NCBI GenBank assembly: GCA_050951805.1
Contig: JBMNJT010000002.1
Coordinates: 1,056,001-1,120,000, forward strand
Direction: 5' to 3'
Origin: Bacillota bacterium
GTDB lineage: Bacteria; Bacillota; DTU025
Length of the DNA stretch: 64,000 nt
Shown: piece after piece, positions 44,119 to 53,053 of the stretch
Numbering within the stretch: position 1 is the stretch's first letter
Layout: each line of letters starts with the position of its first letter
The notes under the pieces: model-generated
Database searches by the model: none
Told to the model about the DNA's origin: nothing
The model's input: the letters and a program-made list of their open reading frames with translations, nothing else
Position numbers and translations under genes: made by a program

Positions 44119-45060
44119 ATGGAATTCCTATATTTCGTGGCTGACGCGTTAGCTACTACGGTGTCCCTCGCGGCACCTCTGATACTCACGGCCATTGGTG
44201 GTGTGTTTTCAGAGAGGTCGGGTGTGGTCAACATAGGGCTGGAAGGCATGATGCTGATCGGTTCTTTCATGGGCGTTCTCTTCTCCCATCTTACCGGCAA
44301 TGCCTGGATAGGGTTTTGGATGGGCGCTTTGTCTGGAGCCGCGGTGGCTGCTTTGCATGCATGGGTATGCATAAAGCACGGCGCAAACCAGACAGTATCG
44401 GGCGTGGCGATCAACATACTAGGGGCAGCTCTAACAGGCTACCTGTTGAGGGCCATATTCAACAGAGCAGGGCAGACTGAACCTGTTCCGGGCCTTGCGG
44501 CATGGACCATTCCCTTCTTGAAAGATGTTCCGATTCTCGGAGATATCTTCTACAGGAATATGCCTCCTGTATATATCGCCTTCATTGTCGTCATAGTCGC
44601 TCAGATAGTGCTTTTCAAAACTCCGCTGGGGCTCAGGATAAGGGCTTGCGGCGAACACCCGGAGGCCTCGGACACAGTAGGCGTGAACGTCGCTGGTATC
44701 AGATACTTGTGCGTGATACTCAGTGGATTCCTTGCAGGCATGGGAGGCGTCACGTTATCCCTTGGCCAACTCTCCCTCTTCAGGGAGGGAATGAGCGCGG
44801 GCAAGGGGTTCATAGCTTTGGCGGCGGTCATATTCGGCAGATGGACTCCTGTGGGAGCCATGTGGGCTTCGCTCCTGTTTGGTCTGGCAGACGGATTGCA
44901 GCTGACAGCACAGAACTGGGGATTTACTGCAATTCCGAGGGAGTTCTTGATCATGACGCCGTACATCGTTACTATGGCGGCATTGGCGGGCATCATCGGG
45001 CGGTCGGTTCCGCCGGCTGCAAGCGGGAAACCCTATGTCAGGCGTGGCGGGGGCGCTTGA
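44119..45060 (+). CDS. Nucleoside ABC transporter permease
   Basis: [24 protein letters not shown]. Confidence 0.9.
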   Translation: MEFLYFVADALATTVSLAAPLILTAIGGVFSERSGVVNIGLEGMMLIGSFMGVLFSHLTGNAWIGFWMGALSGAAVAALHAWVCIKHGANQTVSGVAINILGAALTGYLLRAIFNRAGQTEPVPGLAAWTIPFLKDVPILGDIFYRNMPPVYIAFIVVIVAQIVLFKTPLGLRIRACGEHPEASDTVGVNVAGIRYLCVILSGFLAGMGGVTLSLGQLSLFREGMSAGKGFIALAAVIFGRWTPVGAMWASLLFGLADGLQLTAQNWGFTAIPREFLIMTPYIVTMAALAGIIGRSVPPAASGKPYVRRGGGA

Positions 45061-45186
45061 TTACTTTGCTAGGCGGTGGAGCGGGACACGGCTTGGACGC
45101 ATCTTGAATGACAGGTGCCCAATACAGTACTGCTGTGGACATGTCGACGCCATTTACATGAGGCTGAGATGGCGCAGATGGTATTG

Positions 45187-45219
45187 AGAGGCGACCCCTC
45201 CCGTGACAGGGTCGCCTTT
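45187..45219 (+). terminator. Terminator-like hairpin ending the ABC operon; lies directly before the intron
   Basis: AGGCGACCC/GGGTCGCCT + TT. Confidence 0.7.
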
Positions 45220-45224
45220 GTGTC

Positions 45225-46089
45225 GTTCGCCCGGCATGTTTGTTGAGCCGATGGACTGAAAGAAGTCCTGTCACCTAACCAGCGGGAAGACAACCCCAAG
45301 GCAAGGGCGTCGCTGGTAACGGCGGGGTCTGAAGGAAGCTTTAAGGGGGAACACGGAACGTAGCGAAAGCGAACCGAAGTTGGCCTGTCAGGTGGGTAAC
45401 CTTGCGAAGTATGGGAAAGCCCGAAAGCTGGATAACCTGGGGGGTTTTGACGGACGGGTTCGTGTTCAGGCAGACAAACTTAACCGGGGAAGCCCTGCAT
45501 CATCCAGATAGCTGGTAAGCCCAAACAAGCGGAGACGCAAGGATGGGAATATGTGGTGTGGGGTGGCAGATGAGTCCGTAGTAGTTATGAACCCTCAGCC
45601 CATGAAAGCTGGCAACAGACCGGAGGATAAAACTGAGGGGACAGTGGCCAGGAGTCGCTGGGCTGCATAGGCCAAAAGCCTATGCAGTTGCGAAGGGACG
45701 AAGGCAAACCAAAGCGTGCAACCTAGTTACAGGCAAGCATGGGAGAGAGATAACAGAGGCTGAAATGCCGATGGGAACGGGGGAGCCGGGGGCGACGAGT
45801 CTGCTGGTCCCTGCGCCCGCTCAGCAGAGTATCAAAGTTTCGCGGGGTAGATTGCCTTAGAGCTAGAGACGCCTCGCAGGCCTTGGGAAGAAACTGCAAC
45901 CATGCAAGCTTGATGGCCAAGGAAGCACGGCGAGATGAATTGACCTCACGAAGTATGAGGTCGGCGTCTTGCATCTCTTCTATGAAGCGAAGTGACTAAG
46001 GTTTGCCAGGAGCCGTGTACGGGGCCCGTACGCACGGTTCTGTGAGAGGGATGACGCCAGGCCGATTACCTGGCGCCACCCTACTCGAT
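45225..46089 (+). mobile_element. ORF-less group II intron (IIC-like compact domain I, short domain V with AGC triad)
   Basis: 5' GTTCGCCCGGCATG; D1 motif GCAAGGG..GGTAAC..TCTGAAGGAAGC; D1 closes at TTAACCGGG; D5 GAGCCGTG-TACGG-GGC-CCGTA-CG-CACGGTTC; D6 GAGAGGG..CCCT(A)CTC with bulged A 46083; 3' end CTCGAT; no RT ORF. Confidence 0.9.
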
Positions 46090-46246
46090 GTTGAAATGGC
46101 ATTGAAAATGGGCAAGCTTTCATTGGGAGTGGATCAGTGTCGTGATGCGATGGAACCTGCGCTTCGGTTCGCAACATAGGTTGCCACATAGGTAGCTTAC
46201 GGAGGGCGGGAGCGCGCCGACGGAGGATTTCTTGTGATTTGGTGGA

Positions 46247-47344
46247 ATGATTAAGACTGTGGATATAAAGAACATGTCATTTGAGGAATGCAGAGGGTTT
46301 TTCGCGTCGCTCGGGGAGCCGGCCTACAGGGCGGACCAGGTTTTCGAGTGGCTTCATGGCAAGCGGACGGCGGCATACGATGAAATGACAAATCTCCCTG
46401 TCTCGCTCCGCAGAACGCTTGCGGAGGTCGCTCCCTTGCGTCCTCCAGAGGTCCTCGCCGTGCACTCCTCGCCCGGAGGTGCCACGAAATACCTGATAGG
46501 CCTGGCAGATGGCAATGCTGTTGAGACGGTCTTGATGGAGCATGACTACGGATTGAGCTTGTGCGTTTCGTCTCAGGTAGGCTGCGGTATGGGGTGTGCT
46601 TTTTGTGCTTCAGGCCTTGAGGGCCTCGTGAGGAACCTGACATGCGGCGAAATGATAGACCAGATATTGGCCGTGAGCAATGGCATCGCCAACGAAAGTC
46701 CCAACAGGCGCGTCAGTTCGGTCGTTATGATGGGAAGCGGAGAGCCCTTGGCCAATTACGATAACGTTCTCAAGTTTGTGCGACTTATCAACTGGAAGAG
46801 AGGCTACGGGATAGGCTACAGGCACATAACCATCTCGACATGCGGAATCGTGCCTGGCATACGCAGGCTTGCTCAAGAAGGGCTGCCTGTGACGCTTTCC
46901 GTATCACTCCATGCGCCGGATGATCACACACGGTCTGCATTGATGAAGATAAACCAGGTCTATCCAGTGGGGCAGCTGATCGAGGCATGTATTGATTATG
47001 CGAATTCCACGGGAAGACGCGTGACGTACGAGTATTCTCTGATAGGCGGTGTTAATGATTCGAGGGACCATGCCCTGCGGCTGGCGCGCCTCTTGGGGGG
47101 CACTTTGTGCCATGTCAACCTCATACCACTCAATCCCGTGCCGGAGACGGGGTTCGCTCGTCCCTCTCAGGAGGCAGTCAATGTGTTCGCTTGCACACTT
47201 CGTTCCGCTGGGATCGAAACCACTATCAGGCGTGAGATGGGCGGCGATATAGACGCAGCCTGTGGCCAGCTGAGGCGGAGGTGGGCAGGGCGTCCAGGGG
47301 CGTCTGATCCGAGCAAAAGGCGAGATGAGGGGGGTAGAGATTGA
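46247..47344 (+). CDS. rlmN: Dual-specificity 23S rRNA/tRNA m2A methyltransferase RlmN
   Basis: CVSSQVGCGMGCAFC radical SAM motif, MGSGEP, DIDAACGQL. Confidence 0.96.
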   Translation: MIKTVDIKNMSFEECRGFFASLGEPAYRADQVFEWLHGKRTAAYDEMTNLPVSLRRTLAEVAPLRPPEVLAVHSSPGGATKYLIGLADGNAVETVLMEHDYGLSLCVSSQVGCGMGCAFCASGLEGLVRNLTCGEMIDQILAVSNGIANESPNRRVSSVVMMGSGEPLANYDNVLKFVRLINWKRGYGIGYRHITISTCGIVPGIRRLAQEGLPVTLSVSLHAPDDHTRSALMKINQVYPVGQLIEACIDYANSTGRRVTYEYSLIGGVNDSRDHALRLARLLGGTLCHVNLIPLNPVPETGFARPSQEAVNVFACTLRSAGIETTIRREMGGDIDAACGQLRRRWAGRPGASDPSKRRDEGGRD

Positions 47345-47539
47345 ATGGTCCGTGTGGCGCTGGCAATCCTTAGGCTTGCGTGCGTGGCCTCGCTCTACTT
47401 CTTTCTATATCGCGTTTGTAGGGCTCTGGTCCTCGACGTTTCTTTTGATGCCGATTCGGATAATTTTGACGATGAAAAAATGTTGGAAGGCCAGTCTGCC
47501 GCTGTGCCCGATGCTGCTGGCGGCGATGATGCGTCTTGA
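47345..47539 (+). CDS. Small membrane protein resembling the N-terminal anchor of FhaB-type FHA proteins, FHA domain absent
   Basis: LAILRLACVASLYFFLYRVCRAL..D hydrophobic helix then acidic tail; SD GGGGT; sits in the FHA-gene slot before PP2C. Confidence 0.5.
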   Translation: MVRVALAILRLACVASLYFFLYRVCRALVLDVSFDADSDNFDDEKMLEGQSAAVPDAAGGDDAS

Positions 47540-47576
47540 GTTTGTCTATGCTAGCCTGGATGGGGTGAGGGACGTG

Positions 47577-48332
47577 ATGGTTGGGTTTGCTACCGATATT
47601 GGTCTGGTGCGCGACCGCAACGAGGATGCATATCTTGCCGCGGATGGATGTTATGCCGTAGCCGACGGCATGGGCGGGCACAGGGCCGGAGAGGTGGCAT
47701 CTGAGATTGCAATCGGGGTTGTTTCGGCGGAATGCGCTAATGTTGACCTTGGCAGTCTCGACATGGCTCAGTGCATTGAGAAGGCCAACCGCAGTGTGAT
47801 TGAGGCTTCACGGCGCTGCGACGAACTGGAAGGCATGGGCACTACGTTGACGGTGGCTGCTTTTTGTGAGGGAACGCTAAGAGTAGGGCATGTGGGCGAT
47901 TCCCGCGCGTACCTGATGCGCGGGGGCGACATTATTCAGCTCACCGACGACCACTCTGTGGTGGGCGAACTGCTCAGATCTGGAATGCTCACGCCTGAAG
48001 AGGCAGAGTGTCATCCTCAACGCCATGCGATCACGAGGGCACTTGGCTTTTCTGAAAGCCTCGAAGTAGATATCGTCGAGAGGCAAGTTGAGCCGGGAGA
48101 TGTAGTTTTGCTGTGCACAGATGGCCTTCACGATATCGTTGGGGATAATGAGATAGCTGAGACGATCAAGAGGTTGCGTGACCCTAGGGAGGCATGCATG
48201 GAGCTTGTCAGATTAGCCCGTGCGCGCGGCGGGCATGACAACATAACTGTAGTCCTTGTCCGAGTCGAGGAATCGGATGTCTCATCGTCTTCGTCTTCTG
48301 CCCGCGCGTGTTCAGGGGGACTAGTGATATGA
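47577..48332 (+). CDS. stp: PP2C/Stp1-type Ser/Thr phosphatase
   Basis: RDRNEDA, VADGMGGH, MGTT, HVGDSRAY, LCTDGL, GHDNIT; start uncertain. Confidence 0.93.
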   Translation: MVGFATDIGLVRDRNEDAYLAADGCYAVADGMGGHRAGEVASEIAIGVVSAECANVDLGSLDMAQCIEKANRSVIEASRRCDELEGMGTTLTVAAFCEGTLRVGHVGDSRAYLMRGGDIIQLTDDHSVVGELLRSGMLTPEEAECHPQRHAITRALGFSESLEVDIVERQVEPGDVVLLCTDGLHDIVGDNEIAETIKRLRDPREACMELVRLARARGGHDNITVVLVRVEESDVSSSSSSARACSGGLVI

Positions 48333-49648
48333 TGGAGGATGGCAGTCTGCCAGCGAGTGCCCAAGGCACTGCGCGTCCCATAAGGGAGACGGAACGTTCG
48401 CTATTGGGGATAGTCATGCTCATGTCGCTGACGGCTGGATTCTCTTTGTCGCTTGCTAGGAATGGGACGCTGACCGGCGAGGAAGCAGCGCTCTGTTTTG
48501 TGTCATCAGCGCCATTTGCCATGACTCATCTGGTTTTTGTTGCTAAGGGTTTCGATGGCGATGAGTTAATACTGCCGCTTGCAGCTGCGGCGACAGTAAT
48601 GGGTTATCCTGTGGTATACAGGCTTAGGCCTGACTTGGCAGTTCGGCAGCTTGCCTTCATATGGCTTGGATCGGCTGTTATGGCTGTTCTTGCTATTCTT
48701 CAGAATCAAAAAAAGCTGGAGGGCTGGGGAGTTCCGGCTTTGGGCGGGTCAATTGCTCTGCTGGTCCTCACTTTGATGGTAGGAGAGGAACGCGGAGGAG
48801 CTCGCTCATGGCTGTTCTTGGGCGATATGGGGTTTCAAACGTCTGAGCTTGCCAAGATCACATGTATATTGGCGGGTGCCGAAGGGTTGTCGAAGATGCA
48901 CACTGCCGATTCCATGGCGACTGCCAGAGCGTCCGCAAGGGAGATATGGGAGTGTTCTCAGGCTAGAAGGGTGATAGTGATGTGGGCGGCCGTGATGTTG
49001 CTCACTGTGGCGCAGCGCGATGTGGGCACTGCCATGGTCATATACATTTCTTGTGTTGCAATGGCCTACGTGGCCACGGGAAACAGATTGTTGGTTCTAG
49101 TTTCGATTGGGATTGGGGCAGCTGCTGTGGCGGTCGCAGGGAGGGTCTTCCCACATGTTGGCGTCAGATTTTCCACGTGGCTGAACCCGTGGGCTGATGC
49201 AGCAGGCTCAGGTTATCAGGTAACGCAGTCGATCTATGCCCTGGCCAGTGGCGGGATACTTGGGCGGGGATACGGATGCGGGTCTCCTTGGTTGATCCCG
49301 GCTGCAGTTACCGACATGTTGTTCTCGGCATCTGCTGAGGAGATAGGGCTTGCTGGATCGATCGGCTTGATAGCGATATACTTTTTAATGGTAGGGCACG
49401 GTTATGCATGCGCTCAGCGGGCGGATTCAAGATACTCTGCACTGGTTGCGGTGGGTGCTGCCAACATGATAGCCGTGCAGACATTTGTCATTATCGGGGG
49501 GAATCTGGGTGTATTGCCCCTCACAGGCGTTACGCTTCCCTTGGCGAGTTACGGGGGAAGCTCCATGCTTACTAGCTTGGCCATCGTCGGAATTCTGCTC
49601 GGCTCTACGCGGCGCCTGCATTCCATTGATGGAGGCGCTTTGAGTTGA
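48329..49648 (+). CDS. rodA: FtsW/RodA/SpoVE family SEDS protein
   Basis: GARSW, QRDVG, TDMLFS..EEIG, PLTGVTLP..SYGGSS. Confidence 0.88.
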   Translation: MMEDGSLPASAQGTARPIRETERSLLGIVMLMSLTAGFSLSLARNGTLTGEEAALCFVSSAPFAMTHLVFVAKGFDGDELILPLAAAATVMGYPVVYRLRPDLAVRQLAFIWLGSAVMAVLAILQNQKKLEGWGVPALGGSIALLVLTLMVGEERGGARSWLFLGDMGFQTSELAKITCILAGAEGLSKMHTADSMATARASAREIWECSQARRVIVMWAAVMLLTVAQRDVGTAMVIYISCVAMAYVATGNRLLVLVSIGIGAAAVAVAGRVFPHVGVRFSTWLNPWADAAGSGYQVTQSIYALASGGILGRGYGCGSPWLIPAAVTDMLFSASAEEIGLAGSIGLIAIYFLMVGHGYACAQRADSRYSALVAVGAANMIAVQTFVIIGGNLGVLPLTGVTLPLASYGGSSMLTSLAIVGILLGSTRRLHSIDGGALS

Positions 49649-51051
49649 ACAGGAGGATACGCAGGCTTGTCCAGGCGTGGATTGCGGGATGTGCTGTTTT
49701 GGTGGTTGCGGCAACATATTATCAGGCAATAAGCGCCGATAAACTCTCCTCAAGTCAGGCTAATCCGCGGTTGGCCAACCTTGAGCGGGATGTGATTCGC
49801 GGACCGATTCTGGACCGTAACGGTGGTGTGATATGTGATTCGGTTGGTCCTGGGTTATCGACGAGAGTATGGCGGGGGCCAGATTCGCTTGCGCCGCTCG
49901 TAGGCTATGTCAATCCCGTGCTGGGCAAGTCGGGGCTGGAGGCCGCATATGATGTTTGGCTTTCCGGCAGGCGTGGGCCATATGATGTGACAGGTCTGCT
50001 TGCGACCCTTGCCGGCCAGCCCGATCATGGTTGTGCGGTTCGGTTGACGATCGATGCCAATGTGCAGAAGGCGTGCGAGTCGGCATTGAGAGGACGCAGA
50101 GGAGCTGCGATTGTGATCAATGCGGGGACTGGAGAACTCCTCGCTGTTGCGAGCAGCCCGTGGTATTCTATGAAAGGGTTGGAGTTGTCGTGGGACAACA
50201 TCGTTTCCCGGAATGATTCGCCTCTTGTTTGTCGCCCAATCAACGGGATGTACCCGCCTGGATCCACAATCAAGATGGCCATTGCAGCCATAGCCCTCGA
50301 CAGCGGGGTAACCGACCCTAATGAGGTCTATGAGTGCGAGGGTTCTATCAGGGCGGGGGGGTCTGTTGTTCACGATCCAACGGGCGCTCATGGGGCGATC
50401 GATATAGTTGATGCCTTGGCTGTCTCCTGCAACACCACCTTTGTTGATCTCGGGCTTAGACTGGGTCCGAAACTATATGAGGAGCTTCGACGTTTCTTCT
50501 TTGATAGGAGCGTACCTTTGGATATCCCGACACCGCCTGCGAACCTTGATGTGCGCAATGCTGATGTTAGCGGAGACGCCATTGGGCAGTTGGCCATTGG
50601 GCAGGGGAACCTTCTTGTGACTCCTATGCACGTGGCAATGATGGCAGCTGCCGTCGCCAATAGGGGAATAATGATGCGCCCCTATGTTGTGGCCGATATT
50701 TCTGCAGTTGACGGCGTCCCGGTCATGGTTGCTAGTGAAAGGGCTCTTGCATCCGTCATGACGCCATCATCCGCTGATATAGTTGCCAGAGGCATGAGGC
50801 AAGCGGTGAAACGAGGGACGGCCCGTTCAGCGGCGAGGTGGGGATATGATATTGCCGGCAAGACCGGAACAGCGCAGAATCCGCATGGAAATCCTCATGC
50901 ATGGTTTGCTGGTTTTGGCGTGAACGGCAATAACAGAGTTGCCGCTGCGATAATCTTGGAAAACGCCGGCTCAGGCGGGACGGCAGCGGCGCCGCTGGGC
51001 GGCGATATTATCAGAGTAGCCCTCGATTCTATGGACAGAGCTAGGAGGTGA
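49645..51051 (+). CDS. Class B penicillin-binding protein (PbpA-like)
   Basis: RGPILDRNG, PGSTIK (SxxK), SCN, KTGTA. Confidence 0.9.
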   Translation: MNRRIRRLVQAWIAGCAVLVVAATYYQAISADKLSSSQANPRLANLERDVIRGPILDRNGGVICDSVGPGLSTRVWRGPDSLAPLVGYVNPVLGKSGLEAAYDVWLSGRRGPYDVTGLLATLAGQPDHGCAVRLTIDANVQKACESALRGRRGAAIVINAGTGELLAVASSPWYSMKGLELSWDNIVSRNDSPLVCRPINGMYPPGSTIKMAIAAIALDSGVTDPNEVYECEGSIRAGGSVVHDPTGAHGAIDIVDALAVSCNTTFVDLGLRLGPKLYEELRRFFFDRSVPLDIPTPPANLDVRNADVSGDAIGQLAIGQGNLLVTPMHVAMMAAAVANRGIMMRPYVVADISAVDGVPVMVASERALASVMTPSSADIVARGMRQAVKRGTARSAARWGYDIAGKTGTAQNPHGNPHAWFAGFGVNGNNRVAAAIILENAGSGGTAAAPLGGDIIRVALDSMDRARR

Positions 51052-51055
51052 GCGG

Positions 51056-53053
51056 ATGACCGGTGAGATTCTGGGCGGACGATATTCCATACTCGACACC
51101 ATCGGCGAAGGTGGCATGGCCATAGTGTATCGGGCGAAGGATATGTTGCTCAACAGAGTAGTTGCCATCAAGGTGTTGCGGGGACAGTACGCCTCGGATT
51201 CCGAATTCAGGGAGAGGTTTAGACGAGAGGCCCAGAGCGCGGCGGCTCTGTCTCACCCTAACATAGTCAACGTATACGACGTAGGGGAGGATTCCGGTTC
51301 CAACTACATCGTCATGGAGTGGGTGGACGGCCAGACGCTCAACGATATCATTATGCGTGATGGTCGGCTTACCGTGGATGTAGTCGCAGATTACAGCGTT
51401 CAGATTCTTGATGCATTGGATCATGCGCACCGCAGCGGCGTTATCCATCGCGACATCAAGCCTCATAACATTCTAATAACGAGGGATGGTCGCGTTAAGG
51501 TGACGGACTTCGGGATAGCGCGCGCGGCATCGGCAAGTGCTCTTACCGAGGCAGGGCAGGTGATCGGCACTGTCAACTATACTTCGCCGGAGCAGGCCCG
51601 TGGAGCCTCCGCTACTGCCGAGTCAGACATATACTCGCTTGGCGTAGTGATGTATGAGATGCTTACGGGTAGGCTGCCATTTGTTGGGGATACTCCAGTG
51701 GCAGTGGCGCTCAAGCATGTGCAGGAAGACGCATTGCCCCTTTCGGTGTACAATAAGGCGGTGCCTGTGGAGTTCGAGCGAGTGGTGATGAAGGCGTTGG
51801 CCAAGGATCCGCAAGACAGATGGCATACGGCCAGGGCATTCAAGAATGCCATATTGCGTGCCCATCCCACAGAGGTCAAAAAGGTGCCCGATGGCCAACA
51901 AGTTGAGGATCTTCCGATGGCTTCCGGCAGTGAAGGGGCAGCTACACCCCATTCGCGCATTACCAATGGCGTAGATGATGACCTCAACATTACCAGGCCG
52001 TTTGACAAGGTTGGGGAGGCTTTCGAGTTGGAGAACGATCAGGAGACGCCTAAACGGGCAGATCGCCAGGCAAAGACATGGACCACGATTATCGTTGTCA
52101 TGTTGGTCGTGGCCGGTGCCGTTCTGGGCGCGCTCTATTCCTTCCGTCAATGGATTCAGGTGGAAGAAGTCGTAGTTCCTGACGTTGTTAACATGACGTT
52201 GCCGGATGCCGAAAGCCTGGCGCGTCGGAGTAGGCTTGCTTTGGATTCATCGGTAAAGCGCTACGACAACAAAGTCGAGTACAATCGCATTATCGAGCAA
52301 GATCCGCCTGCAGGCGCCAAAAGGAAGGTCCATTCGCCGATCAAGGTGATAGTAAGTCTTGGGCCTGAAATGGTGACGGTTCCCGATCTCTTTAACAAGT
52401 CCGAGAGGGAAGCCCGGCTTGAACTGGAACGTTCGAACTTAGTTCTTGGCGCCAAAAGCCAAGATTATCATGAGGATGTGAGGCCCGGGCGCATAGTCGA
52501 TCAGGAGCCGGAGGTCGGCACATACGTGCCGAGGGGCTCGACGGTGAACTATACCGTATCCATAGGCCCGCCACCGCCTCCGCCTGAGGTTCCGCTCGTA
52601 ATAGGAATGACTCTGGAGCGGGCCACGGATACTCTGAAGCGGGCGGGTTTTGCAGTGGGCGAGGTAAGGAAGAGGATAAGCATCCTCTACGAGGATGGCA
52701 CAGTCATAGAGCAGAACCCTGGGCCGTACCAGATGGCGGAAAGCGGAACCACGATCGACCTCGTGGTGGCTCAGAGATCTGGGTTTCCGTCTGCTTCCCC
52801 TTCTCAATCGGACGATGGCGGTGGCCAGATAGACATGTCGTATCGGCGTTATGATGTGACATATCAGGTTCAGCCGGGGTCTGAGGTCCAGGAGATAGTG
52901 ATCAAGGTGAATGATAGTTACGGGGAGCGAACAAGCTATGGCCCCCAATTGCACAGACCTGGGGATTGGATACGGCACACTGTGGAAGTTTACGGGCCCG
53001 GCAAGATCGAAGTGTGGGTAGACGGATACCCTGTGAAGACGGAAAATGTATGA
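51056..53053 (+). CDS. pknB: PASTA-domain Ser/Thr kinase PknB/PrkC
   Basis: IGEGGMA, HRDIKPHN, DFGIA; TM helix, three PASTA repeats. Confidence 0.95.
   Translation: MTGEILGGRYSILDTIGEGGMAIVYRAKDMLLNRVVAIKVLRGQYASDSEFRERFRREAQSAAALSHPNIVNVYDVGEDSGSNYIVMEWVDGQTLNDIIMRDGRLTVDVVADYSVQILDALDHAHRSGVIHRDIKPHNILITRDGRVKVTDFGIARAASASALTEAGQVIGTVNYTSPEQARGASATAESDIYSLGVVMYEMLTGRLPFVGDTPVAVALKHVQEDALPLSVYNKAVPVEFERVVMKALAKDPQDRWHTARAFKNAILRAHPTEVKKVPDGQQVEDLPMASGSEGAATPHSRITNGVDDDLNITRPFDKVGEAFELENDQETPKRADRQAKTWTTIIVVMLVVAGAVLGALYSFRQWIQVEEVVVPDVVNMTLPDAESLARRSRLALDSSVKRYDNKVEYNRIIEQDPPAGAKRKVHSPIKVIVSLGPEMVTVPDLFNKSEREARLELERSNLVLGAKSQDYHEDVRPGRIVDQEPEVGTYVPRGSTVNYTVSIGPPPPPPEVPLVIGMTLERATDTLKRAGFAVGEVRKRISILYEDGTVIEQNPGPYQMAESGTTIDLVVAQRSGFPSASPSQSDDGGGQIDMSYRRYDVTYQVQPGSEVQEIVIKVNDSYGERTSYGPQLHRPGDWIRHTVEVYGPGKIEVWVDGYPVKTENV

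Noticed and set aside
45220-45224. Alternative intron 5' end at GTGTC
   Set aside because: Spacing to the CCCGG D1 stem fits G1 at 45225; not fully excluded without splicing data
45723-45974. 83-aa minus-strand ORF inside the intron
   Set aside because: No SD or RT/endonuclease motifs; antisense to structured D4
46224-46248. AGGA-N17-GAAT motif before rlmN
   Set aside because: GAAT overlaps the probable start codon, so a transcript would miss it; not counted
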